DNA from: Catajapyx aquilonaris | Lineage: Eukaryota | DNA: 35,202 nucleotides | Assembly (NCBI GenBank): GCA_000934665.2 | Contig: KZ538228.1 | Coordinates: 62,001 to 97,202 of the forward strand | Direction of reading: 5' to 3' | In this document: piece after piece, positions 13,979-26,189 of the stretch | Layout: each line of letters begins with the position of its first letter | Numbering within the stretch: position 1 is the first letter of the stretch | Notes under the pieces: generated by a model | What the model saw: the letters and a program-made list of their open reading frames with translations, nothing else | Database searches by the model: none | What the model was told of the DNA's origin: nothing | Translations under genes and position numbers: made by a program

Positions 13979-16464
13979 CCAAGTGAGGGGTTAGTTTTGT
14001 AGCATGGGAGTCTGCAACAGATGCGACGACGTTGATGGATCTGTGGAAGACTCCTGCTGCTACTGCAGCCTCTCCCAAAGACGTTGCCAGCTCTTTCAAG
14101 GGGAGAGTGGTCTCATCATCCAGCGAGCCCGATTATTAATGCGAAAAAAGAGAAATGGATGCGAGGACAAAACATCTCTTGGGGGGGGGGGGGGTGCTGT
14201 CCATTGACACCATTTAGTCCTGGTGGATAGAGGGAAAGTGTGGCGCATGCTTGCATTTGCCATGCTTTTTTTTGTACTACAGTATGTCTCTCTCTCCATG
14301 CCCTTTTTATTGAAGGCGATGTTTGACTGGAGAGGGCTTTTTGGGTTTGGCCTGGCAAGGATCCTTGTGCGGAGATCCTTGGGTGTTGGAGGAGAAAGAG
14401 AGAAGGCCCTTGGAGAAAAAGAAGGGGCTGGCTTGTCTGTCGGCCTTGAGAGCTGGCTTGCCTAACGGAATGCGACGACGCTGGACTGGCATTTCCGTGG
14501 GCACCACTAGAAAACCTCCGCACTGAATCATCCATCGGCACAGTTCAGCGCACCGAGGCAGCTGATGATGATGCCCAACAAACAAGAGAGAGGCTGGCTG
14601 GCGTAGGGTGGGGTGGGGCATTTATCAGCCTTTATTAATTTTTGCAGCTGGCCTTATCTTTGCTTATTGAGTCTTCCTTGACCTTTGCTTGTAAGCAAAT
14701 AATGAACCATTTTTTGGGGAGGCCGAATGTGGCCGCTTTCCGGTAAGGTAAAAGAGGGGGGGGACACAACCGGAACCTCTCACCCAACCACCCCCCTAGT
14801 CAATTTAATGAAAATGGGGTAGTTGGGGCATAGTTCCAGTTAAATGCCGGAAGGCCAGCTGTTACAATTTGACGGCTTCTACCCTGAGCAGAGGGAGGGG
14901 AGGCGTGGTCCAGCGGTCGGAAGTGGGCCTTTCTTTGTCTCCAAAAATTTACCCCTGCCTCTCTTTCCCCGCGACGCCGATCTATATATACAAGAGTTGT
15001 AATATGAAAAGTGCCCTCTTTTGTTGCGAAGGAGGGGAAGCCGACCAAACTAGTGGTGGCGTCTGTACGCTCGTCTGGCGCAAAAAAAAAAAGGTAGGGG
15101 GGTAGCCAGAGTGGGGCAGCTGCACTATTATGGGTGGGTGGGTCAAAGAGCAGCTGCCGACGATCACAATATGGCGAAGAGGGCGTCATCAGCTGGCCAC
15201 GTGCCCCTCTGCCACCTGAAGCAGGCTTGTTGATCAATGGCTGGCGAGGATCATATTGCCCCCCCCCTCAACCCCACTCTAAACTCGTCTTTGAAGTTGA
15301 CTCGTGCCCCAATGGACTTGGGTGACAACCGGCACCCACTCCGTCATCTCTCTCATCTTGACCAGCTGGACCAGTTGTTTTTTTGGTTATGCGCGGGCGG
15401 ATGTGGATCTAATCGGGAATGGATAATGTATGCAAACAGATACGGCATGTTTTGGATGGAGGTCCAAAGTTTCAAAAATTGGAGCAGTTGCAGTTTATCA
15501 CAAGCGCAAGAAACTACTTGTAAATGGCCTAAGTTGCCTCCTCTCCACAACCGCTGCCTGAATGGCAACCATTTTGCGCAAAATTGACGGCTTGAAGTGT
15601 AATTACGAGCACCCCCTCCCCACGTTGTCACATGATCCAAATCAGCCAATTTCATTGGCGGCTGTGGGATCCTGTCAATGCCTGGTTTTGGATTGTGCCA
15701 TTGCTCCATTGTCGGAATGTCAAAATCGGCTTTTTTAAATAGTGTGTGCAATGTTGGTTGCACTTGAGATAATTTGCTCAAGAGCAGTGTGTCATAACGT
15801 ACCAGCTTTGAAAGGATATTGTGTAATTTTTTTTAACGATGGAAAGGCCATTCAGGTGAGAATGGACCCCTATAGTTTAGTGATTGTAGGAGGAGGTCGC
15901 TTTTTTAATATACATATATAAAAATATAACGATCATGAGGGCACACCTTTTGAGATGTAGATGAGCTTCCGGCAGCGCTTTTCTATACTATAAAAATTCT
16001 ATTGCAATTTCGGGCAGTTACCAAAAGGTGGGCGTGTCTGGTCAGGTAATAAGGGACCCCCGGATGGTGTAAAAGGTGGCGGGAACTTTTGTACAGATTT
16101 GACCCCTACCTTGATCTTTTGATAAGGACCCTTCCGGACCATCCCCCCCCCCCCTTAAAAAAAATCGTGAATGTCGCCAAAATTTTGGCGCCAAAATTTC
16201 TGAGCATGCGCTCTCTGTACATCCAGAGTGCAATACACTCAGCACCGAATTTTTACCTTTTCTTTTTTTATATACAAACCCGGGGCCATTCGGAGCCAGT
16301 GTTCCCGCTGGCTGGCCATCGATCCGAAATTTTGGGGTGGGGTTTATATTGCTGGGTAGGAAAAGCCCCTTTTCGACGGGGGGTGGGGTGGGTTTGGGAA
16401 GCGCCGCGACGCCGATTTTCCCGATGACGATGCCAAACTCCAGGTGAGATGAGGGGGGGGGGGG

Positions 16465-16515
16465 NNNNNNNNNNNNNNNNNNNNNNNNNNNNNNNNNNNN
16501 NNNNNNNNNNNNNNN
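16465..16515. other. Assembly gap (51 N) flanked by poly-G
   Basis: Run of N between two G homopolymers. Confidence 0.99.
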
Positions 16516-16531
16516 GGGGGGGGGGGGTGCT

Positions 16532-16666
16532 AATTGCAATATGGGTTGCTGGAGCGAACAACATGGAGCAAGGTTTCCATATATCCTGCGATATCGAAAA
16601 ATTGCAATGTAGGTTGCTGGAGCGAACAACATGGGTTGCCAGATTGTGGGACGTCGAAAAAATTGC
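16532..16666. repeat. Two-copy direct repeat, period 68 bp
   Basis: AATTGCAAT-nnn-GGTTGCTGGAGCGAACAACATGG at 16532-16566 and 16600-16634. Confidence 0.85.
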
Positions 16667-19600
16667 GCGGGGTTGGAGACGCCACGCTGTCTGCGGGTTT
16701 TGCTGGGTTTGGGGGTTTGCGGGTTTGGAGGTTAGAGGGGTGAAAAATAGAGTACTGTAATTCTCTGGGTTTGTGTGTATGAAGTGAGGGGAAAATAGTA
16801 CGTAGAGAGAGAGAGAGCTATTTGGATGGGGTCGGTGCTCTTGGACGCAGCTGCTGAATGAAGCGGCTCTGGCGGCGCGAATTTGGCGGGGGTGTGCAGC
16901 GTGGGTGGGTGGGTGGAGGGTGGTTGCCCCGACGCCCCTCCACCCCTCCCCCACCCCCTCCCACCGACTCTGATCCCAACATCCCCCTAGCGGCGTCGAC
17001 ACGAAGCGCGGGCCTTGAACCTGAAAGCGGCGCCGACTGCGTCTCAATGTCGAGGATCGATGCCGGGGAAGGGCGTCGTCACGTGGTCTGGCCCGCCCAG
17101 TAGCCAAACTCACAGGGGGTGCTTCGGGGTCAAGGGTCGACCTCCCCCCATTGGTATTATGACCAGGCCTGGTACAAATTGGTGATTGGGGGTGGGGGGT
17201 GGGGGGGACGAATCACGGAAGTTTTTGATCGGAAGACGAATATTGAAGGGCACGTGACTCAAATTTTAGGATGGAAATTGTTGGAAATTGTGTGCGAATC
17301 ATGCAGACCGATTTTCATAAACGTCTAAAGTTTGGGCACATGTTGGGCACATGAAATTGCTAAGTTTTATATTAGTTATGTAGGCTAGGTGAGCCGATAC
17401 GAATGGCAACAAACAGTATTTCGTAAGCACTGATTATGCCAGCCGTTGAATTGTCATAATTATATGTGTTGTAATCATTAGTGTCGTACGACCCAGTACT
17501 GAAATAATTTACGCGTTATTTAAATTTATTTTTAAAGGAGAGTTAAAGCCAGCTTGTCCTAGTTGCACCAACTCCAATTAGGAACATCTCACGTTATGTT
17601 AATGACACATTGAGGCGATTGTTGCACAATTCAGTCTTCTCATTGGATTGTAAGGCGAAAAGCTGCAATTTTGCCGGATTTTGCAATGTGAATTGCGATA
17701 CATATTAATTTTCTCAGTCGGAAATTTTCTCTCATTTTGACCTCCATTACTGTGTATAGATGTAACTGTGCATCTAGTTAACCTAAAACAACAATGCTGT
17801 TATAGTAATATCTGTCATACGACCATGCAGTGAACATTAATTTAATTATTTTGCAGTGTAAACAGTACGTGGCGGGTTCTACGGAAATGAATGACGTCAG
17901 CAGGACGGAAATACCCCCGCTGTTTTGATTGGGTGTCACACTAATTGGCAGGCAACAATTATGATTGAACACCCTTATATAGATAAAAGCGGAGCATCTC
18001 TTATGGAAAAAAAACAAAAATCATCGGGTTCTGAAACAATTGTTGCCCTTCCAGATTTAGCATTAGCATTATTTGGGTCCTGTGGCCTAGCGTCCCATTG
18101 TGTGCTAATGGTTGCGTGTCAACACGGAAGTTGTCCCAAGTGGAGGCCAAAGTTGGGTCAGATCAGGAGAGGAAAAGACACTGTCCCCCTCTAAAATCCA
18201 GGAAGATGGGATACTCCAAACCTCGTTTACTTAGCTCCTTTTGACTCTCCGAGAGAGTGAGAGAGAAACTGGATCGATGGGGGCACGTGGAGTCTACACT
18301 GGGGGAAGGCGGTTGGGTTTTTTTTTTGGGTGGGTGGGTAGAGGGAGGGTTTTGTTGGTGGGGAGGGAAGTACTTCGAATACCATTTGGTTCTGAAGTGG
18401 ACTTACTGAGAACCCAAATTTCCTGCCACCTTCAAGTGTCACAGTGGAATGGCGGCCTCTAAACACACGTTTTTTTTACAGTACATGTACGACCAAATCC
18501 GATGTTTTTTTTGTTGCCATGAATTGCGTAACCGTTTTCGGAAACGGCTGTTTTTTTACGGTGGGTCATTAGCCCGCCCCATGTCCATTTTGGGGCCATT
18601 TTTTGGCGTCTGTCTGGCGCATCGAGGCGCGAAATTTTTCTCATGGTATTGCCCAATATATAACATTTAAAAAAATTCTTCGTTGTATGTGTAAACGTTC
18701 TGATAGGCCCGCCGTATATGTTACCGCAACGCTTCCGATTGNCCTCACGCAACAAATGACACTGTTTACTCATATTGTTGATGTAATTTTCCATGGAAAC
18801 TTGAAAAGTGGGAGGTTTCAGAAGTGCATTCTACAGTATGATGGTCATTTGACTATAGACGGGGGAAGGCGATCAAAAATATGTCCTCTACCACCGCAGA
18901 CCGCAAGCCTAGAAAAAAGGGGGTTTCTAGTCTAAAATATTAAAATATTTCATTGTATGACCGAATTGTCTCATTGGCCCGGCGGATGTTGTTTGCACGA
19001 CGCTTCCCATTGGCTCTCGTTATGCGCCCGCGCAATGGGCTGAGGCAGCGCCTCTGGTGGGGTGTTTTTTAAACATATTTTTATTACGTATTATTGCATT
19101 TTTTTTCGTTCTGGAGGCGGAAAAAAATGTGTCTATAATCGGTCATTGCAGGTCCCATTATCGAATTGGTTGCCGATGCGTAAAGCGTGCAAAAATTGTC
19201 GAAACCAAGGGAGGAAAAAGTTTCCGGGGGTAGGGCCAGTGGAAGTGCAGGGGGGTGAACATTAAAAAAATACAAACACAAAAGATAGGTGAAACCGCAA
19301 AGAGTACGGTTGATCACCAGGCGTGACATCTACCTGGTAACCTTGATTTCCTTTGTCGCTGGAAACACTGGGGCGGGGGAAACTGTGCGCGCCTTTTTTT
19401 TTTATGTGAAATGGAAAATATGGTTGGCGATTTGTCGTTATTTAGGATCGCAGTCTTCGTGTGTATATATGGGTGTTGGGGGAAGAAGAAAATTGTGTGT
19501 GTATAGGTGGGTCGTAAAAAAGAGGAGGTGGAGGAGGGTGTAGTTGCTATGACGACTAAAGGGAAACAGGGGGAGGGCCTTCCTCCCTCTCCCCTTCTTC

Positions 19601-20165
19601 CCCCCTTTCCCCCCCCTCTATACCCATTTTGGGTTGCCTGGCAACCCCCGAAGAGGGGTTGTTTCCGTCGTCATGACGACCCCAGCGTCTGCTCTGACGT
19701 TGCCGAATATGCGTCGCTTTTACCTTTTCGCCCCCCCCTGTCGACATCAAATCCAGCAGGCCCTCCTCCTCCTCGACCCACACCTATGTTATGCATTCGC
19801 TAAGTGACTTTCAGCTAGGTGTTTATGTTTACATTTTCGCGTAATGCCATACCTGTGTTAGTCGCGGCGGAAATGAGCTTGTTAAAGCTTTCTTCTGCCC
19901 CACTGCTCATGGGAAACATGAGGGAGAAACCATGCGAAAGCATGGGGGGGGGGGGGTCTAATTAGAGTTCCCTGTACGTTGGATAGTTGTGAATAATTTA
20001 TGCCCGGCTGTCACATCATGTTAGGTGTCCACAGGTTAGCCGGAAATTTGACAACTGTAGATGAATATTTTCTGTACGAGCGCCACCGAGTGCGCACCCA
20101 CACTCGCGCAGCATTGCCGAAATTTACTCCACACACCTGTAACCACTGACGGAAACGTCGGCCAC

Positions 20166-20493
20166 ATTGTTCATCCTTAAGCGTATAGCGTTGGAAATAA
20201 GTGTGTCGACTACACCCGCTATACCGACATTCCATCAATCNGGGGGGGGGCACTACATGCACATAAGAACACATTGTTAATCATCATTGTTAATGCCGTA
20301 TTTAATTGTTTGGTAAATCATTGATCCTCGAGAGTACCGGTAGCGTTGGAAATAAGTGCAGCGCTTACAACCACTATATCGAGAGCCTTATTAATGCTCT
20401 GTTAATTGTTAATTGTTAAATTGTTCATTCTCGAGAGTAGCGTTGGAAATAAGTGCGGCGCTTATTCATCATTATACACCCACTATGCCGAGA
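20166..20493. repeat. Three-copy diverged direct repeat
   Basis: TAGCGTTGGAAATAAGTG at 20186, 20341 and 20438, each followed by a similar TACA-c-CC-a-CTAT-CGA segment. Confidence 0.85.
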
Positions 20494-21571
20494 CCACTGA
20501 TACGTTGCGCGAACTGTGGTGCGCACTAGGTTGCGCTCGTTTAAAAAATTGTACATAGAGGCGCTGACATCGCTGGTGCCTGGTGCTGCCACCTGGACCG
20601 TTGTGTACACGCGGCTGGGCGCTGAAATATTAATTGCGACGGGTTTTAGGGGGGGGAGGGCTTTGGTATTGCCACGCGGCCATAGTCTCCCTAGGCGCCA
20701 ATCAATCAAAAGAGACTGGGATTTATCCTCGTGGGGTGCCTTTGGCACGTCTGGGAGGGGGTTAAAACCCTCCCCTCCTGGCCCCGATAGCGGCACAAAC
20801 GATAGACGTCGCGTAAATAAAACCCGGTGGGGGAAAAAATAAAATAAAAATAAAGCGTCGTTTTTATCAAGCCCACCTCTGATGAACCTAGATCTGTTTG
20901 ATCTTCGAGGGTGGATCAGGATCGTATTTTGGACACACTTTTCTACGTCTTATCCAACAGTTTGCTGGATGCGTGCTAGCCCCTAGTACCCAACAGTCCA
21001 TTTGGGTTTTTGGGGAGGATTTGGGAGAGTCACGGAAAGGGGCATCGATTCCTTGCACACCCCTCTTCTTCTTCTTTTTTTTTTGCCGCTTCCGATAGAT
21101 CGATTTATTTTTTTCGATGTGGGGGGACGAGGGGAGGGACAAGTCTTTTTCCAAAACCCGATTTCTTGGCAAAACGGCGTGGGCCAATTGCAAGGTCGCA
21201 TTTTTGGCGCCCAAGCCTGGGCAGGTTCGCATTGTTGTGTGCGAAACTGGAAAATGCGGCTCTCCAGGTGTTAAAGCTTGCGTCAGTCCGAGAGCTACGT
21301 CAGGGCTAGTGTCCACATGCCTTTGTTGTTGCCGCCAGCTGGCTACCAGTTTGGGGGATATAGAGAGGGGGGGGAGTGGAGTAGTAGGTTTTTAGTGGGC
21401 TGGGGGGGGGGGGGTTAGAGAGAGGGGTGGGTCCCACTGTTTACAAAATGTTGTTGATGCAATGGCGGGAAATTGTAGCTATTTTGCACATGTATGTCGA
21501 GTGCCATTAGATTTCGTGCGTATATAATGCGGCGCTTCCGGGAATATTTTTCTCCCATCGCTATTACTGCT

Positions 21572-22115
21572 TAGTGCTCTACTAACCAGCTTTCCACTAA
21601 CATAGTCCTTTACTAACATACTATAGTAGAACACTAGCTCGACTAACTAGCACTAACTTAGGTGTTCTACAATAGTTAGTCAAGTACTAAGTTAGTAGAA
21701 CACTTAAGTTAGTGGTAGTTAGTAGAACACATAAGTTAGTGGTCACTAATACTAGTACTCTACTAACAGTAGTACTAAGTTAGTGCTAAAGTGCTATCTA
21801 GTGTTCTACTAACTTGGTACCGTACTCTACTAACTACCACTAACTTAAGTGTTCTACTAACTTAGTTCTTGACTAACTATTGTAGAACACCTAATTTAGT
21901 GCTAGTTAGTAGAGCTAGTGTTCTACTATAGTATGTTAGTAAAGTACTATGTTAGTGGACCTCCAGTTTAGTAGAGCACTATATGTTAGTGCTCACTAAT
22001 ACTAGTACTCTACTTCTAACACTTGTTAGTACTAAGTTAGTGCTAAAGTGCTATCTGGTGTTCTACTAACTTTGTGTTGTACTAACTAGCACGTAGTGTT
22101 GTACTAACTGCTAGT
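21572..22115. repeat. ACTAAC/GTTAGT-rich foldback repeat with A-B-A'-B layout
   Basis: Arm 21572-21726 is the near-perfect reverse complement of 21826-21981. Loop segment ~21735-21815 is directly repeated at ~21985-22072. Confidence 0.92.
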
Positions 22116-22170
22116 GCTCTTATGTGTCCGAGACTATTTTAGTGACGGTTGTTTATTTCTTGAATTTCAG

Positions 22171-22305
22171 ATAGCTCTACCTGAAGTCCGGGATCGAGGA
22201 GTATTTGGGGGTGCCCGCACGAAACGAAAAAAGTATTATCCGACGTCCATTTGCGACACATGTCCTCGCCTGCTGGGTCGGGCGTCTAGCAGGAAAGCAC
22301 GGCAG
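22171..22305 (+). other. Candidate non-coding 5' UTR exon of brat (135 nt)
   Basis: Acceptor TTTATTTCTTGAATTTCAG| and donor CAG|GTAAGA both fit consensus. Coding exon 1 has its own acceptor, so upstream exons are expected. No transcript evidence. Confidence 0.4.
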
Positions 22306-22472
22306 GTAAGAAAAAAGGGTCTATAAACTTCGCACCTGTAGCTTACTAGACCTCCTGGCAGCGTGTGCGTTACGTGTTTCATTGACCTAAACGTGAAAGC
22401 AAGCCATTTCCTGTCCGTTACACCACACTTTCGCTCCCCGGGTATAGGAAACGAGAGCCTTGGCGCCTATAA

Positions 22473-22509
22473 TGACGTCATATGTGTGGGGAAGGCTATC
22501 ATATAAAAG
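22473..22509 (+). promoter_or_regulatory. Candidate CRE plus TATA promoter module
   Basis: Perfect TGACGTCA (22473-22480) followed by TATAAAAG (22502-22509). Motif match only. Confidence 0.3.
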
Positions 22510-23045
22510 TGGCGTCGCTTCTATTGGAGGAGGGGGGGCACTCTTTTTTTTAAAGCAATTTCTAGCCCCCCCTACCTAACCAGCTTGCCTCCCCCCCCCC
22601 CCCCCTTTTTTTGGCGCGGGGCCCGGCNGTGTGTGCACCCTAGCATGTCGGCCCGTTGCAGGACCAGAATGGAAAGCTTGGGTTGCTAGGGGTTGCTGCT
22701 AACACTTGAGAGAGGCTGATTTGGCATTGCAAGTTTTTTTTTCCCCCTTTCTTGGGGGGGGGGGGGAAGGGGGGGTCGTTAATTAAAAAGTGCATGGTGA
22801 AAGGTGCAATGTACCTGGCTGCGATGCTGACGATTCAGATAAGAAGTACAGGTTAAATACAGGCTTAAGATATATAGGTAGTAATATTATATTGTTGGTT
22901 GCCAGGATACTAATAGTCAATCAGCAATCTCATATAAAAGGCAAAGGTTGTCGGTATGTCCCATTTCCCTCTACCGCCCTACTATGCCATAGCAACAGGT
23001 TACCATCGCAACTCTTCTACCGTTAATTCAATATTAAGTATTCAA

Positions 23046-23052
<7 letters not shown>

Positions 23053-23122
<70 letters not shown>
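23053..23122. repeat. (GA)35 microsatellite
   Basis: Directly visible perfect dinucleotide run of 70 bp. Confidence 0.97.
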
Positions 23123-23125
<3 letters not shown>

Positions 23126-25145
23126 TTGCCAAATGCTGTAGAAGGGACATAACGCTGGGGGGTATAATCTGAAAAATTTACGATGTACCGGGCCCGTTTG
23201 GTTGACTATAGGCAGCGGCTTTAATTAAGACTATTAAATTATTCCGAAACAAACCCAGCGACGTAACTTTGAACCCAATAATTTATATAAAAAAATCCGT
23301 ACTAATTTGATTTAATTATTGTACGGTGCTGCCTGGCACGATAAATATTGTGCGGGTCATTACAGTATCGATCTGGATCCCAACCCCCTTATGTACTCTA
23401 GTACATGGGGGGGCCAAATCCGGAGCGCGTGTAGACAAAGAGGGGGGTGCATCTTGGGCGTCCCCCCCCTCTCTTTACAAATTTGAAACTCCCGCCCTTG
23501 AATGAGCTTTATTTCCCCCCCTCCCCCTATGTCATGGGGGTGCCCATTGTGATTACGGTCGCTTGGCGCGTGTCAGAGGAGCAGCTGGCGCCCTTTGTCC
23601 CCCATCCCCACATACAGAGTGGGGGTGCATATTAGTCCCCCCCTACCCCCTGATGCCATACCACCTGGAAAGTAGGGGGGGTCAGCTGGGCAGCAACATT
23701 GGGAGAGACCCTCAGTTGTGTGTGTGCGGCCGTGGAGGACGGACGTATGTGTGCTGTATAGGGGGGTAAAGTGTGTGGGTACTGCCGGATGAGGAGCTTG
23801 AGGGGCGCCGGGGGCGTCGTCACCGTCACTGCCGGCATGAACGAGGACCTAGGACTTGGATGTAAGATAACACTATTATATATACCTACAGAGTTACATA
23901 ATATTGAACTTTCCAAAATATTTTTGCGTAATCGCTTTCACTCGTTTTGCCTCTAGGGGGCACGCCCTTGATTTTTTGGGGTCTCTGGTGTGTACTGTTA
24001 GGAAGGATGATCAATCGTTGCGACATTGGGCAGTCGTGACTTGTGAAAAGAAAAGCAGGAAACGTGTTAAAGAGAAAAGGGAAACTTTTTGTACCGGTTT
24101 TGTGTGCTTCCCTTTCACTTTATCCTCTTCCCGCTTTTTCTCCGTTCTCCTTTTTTTAGGCTGTATACTATAGTGAACCCGATGCCAAAATTTGGCAAAA
24201 TCAGTATGACAGTGACAATTTGATGAGATTGCCCGTCGATTTACCACCTAGTACTATTCATCAGGAATAGATGGCGCACCTCTGCACACTGCCGCCACCA
24301 TCAGGCCTTTTGCGATACTATCAGGTCGGACAAACATCCGTCGGATTAGGTAAAAAAAAGATGTCCAAAGATTCGTAGTTTCTTAAATTTTTGCACCGGA
24401 GCTATTCCTGTCTGTCAGGGCACCGTCGCTATGGGAAACGACGGCGAAGACGTCATGGGGACGCTCCATTTTTTTTTGTTGCTTTCCTAGGGGGGGGAGT
24501 GTCGTAACGTCGATGTAAACGGTAGGAGGGCGCTCCATTTGAACTAGTTATGAAATTAACCGAACGGACACTAATGGTGCGAAACCTCATCAAATGGGAA
24601 ACAAGGGCCTGTTACGTAATTTTCGCGAATTCCAAGCTTGGGAATGGAGGTGGGGGGGGGGGGGGGAGTTTCTGTAAGGCCTTTTGGAGCAANAAGGACT
24701 TTTGGAGCAACTTGTTGCTTGGCTGCGGACTATAAGGGACAGTGCAAAAATTTTGCAAGGGTTAGGAAACACATTTTTTTTATGTGTGTATGCCACACAT
24801 TGCGAATGTACGGGGCGTGGTAAAAGTGGGGCATATCACGTCGAGAGGGGCAAGACCTCGGTGCAGTTGGGCCGATGCGAAGAGGAAATGTTAAGTAAAA
24901 AGGGTTGAGGGATGGATGTAATGATCCTTCCAGCTCAAGGCTGCCCAATGACCCCCAGCGAGTACGTCATGTGCATGTCATAGACAAAGTGCTCGTGGTG
25001 TTGCATACCTTTGTATGACCTGGTTGGAAAGAGGTGCGACGCGCGAATAATTATTATTGGTGATCGGGAGTATATCCTGCTGGGTGCGCCAAATTTGATT
25101 ATTTGATGGAACCGGAAATTTGCATTAGGGCTGTTTGCCAACTAC

Positions 25146-25605
25146 ATTTTTTTTGCAATGTGCGTCGCTGCTACAGCGATAAATTGAGAAAAATTAATCT
25201 GATTTCTAGCTAAAATCGAGCAGGAATTACGTCACAATCCGCGCATTTTTTGCACATTGCAATGTGCGTCGCTACTAATAATAATAGCTATAAATTGCAA
25301 AATTAATTTCACATGTAATGTCTAGTGAAAGTCGAGCAGGAATTACGTCACAACCCGGCGCATTTTTGCGCATTTTGCAATGTGCGTCGCTGGCTGCTAA
25401 TAATAACAATATCGATAAATTACGAAAAATTAATTTTCACAATTCCAATAATTTTTAGCGAAAATCGAGCATGAGTTACGTCACAATCCGGCGCATTTAT
25501 TTGCTGAAAAAATCAGCAACAATAGCGATGAATTGCAACAAAAAAAATTAATTTCACAATGAAATGTCTAGCGAAAATCGAGCAGGGATTACGTCACAAT
25601 CTGTC
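25146..25605. repeat. Four-copy diverged tandem repeat (~113-133 bp period)
   Basis: Conserved block TAG-n-GAAAATCGAGCAGGAATTACGTCACAATC, with TTACGTCA at 25227, 25343, 25476 and 25589. TTGCAATGTGCGTCGCT is present in three copies. Confidence 0.9.
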
Positions 25606-26189
25606 GCGCTCTTGATTGCCATTTTTTCGTACATTACATTCGAAGCGGAAAAGGGCAAATTTCAAATGAAATTGGCCATTTGGAAGGTGCGACTTTTTCC
25701 CCAAGGAGGAAAAAAAATAAATCAGGATCGTATATTATTTTTTGGGGGTGTTATTGCGCTCTTTTTTGTTGGGTGGAGATTGGTGCGTCGTGCTTGGCTA
25801 ACAATTGTGCCAATAATTGGCGAAGTTTTTTTTTTGTGTGTGTGTGTGTGTGTTTTTTTTTGGAGGGGGGGGGGGGGGGNAGCTGGCACAGGGATATATA
25901 TCTGCAACGGCGCAATTTCCCGAGCACAAACCTTGGTGGGCTTTTTGGGATGTTGTCAACCTGTTCCTTCGATCAAAGGAAAGGAACATATCGATCCGGA
26001 TGGGGGGGAATACGTGGGTGGGGTTTTTGGGGTGGGTGGTGGGCTGCCCCACCTGTTGGTTGGGATGGGTGGAGAGGGGAGTGGAGCTTCTGGCGGGATT
26101 TTGCCATTCAACACGAACTGCAAATATATGGCCGTCTTCGGAAACCAGCAGGCTTTCTTCGGAGTTGGCCGCATTTAATCGAGAGCCCT

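Noticed and set aside
16268..17113. 281-aa minus-strand ORF and overlapping ORFs
   Set aside because: Runs through an N gap and homopolymers, has no recognisable domain, and begins at a non-ATG codon.
1451..20930. CTGATGA motifs as hammerhead ribozyme cores (1451, 4238, 14564, 20879)
   Set aside because: No correctly placed stem II and GAAA could be found.
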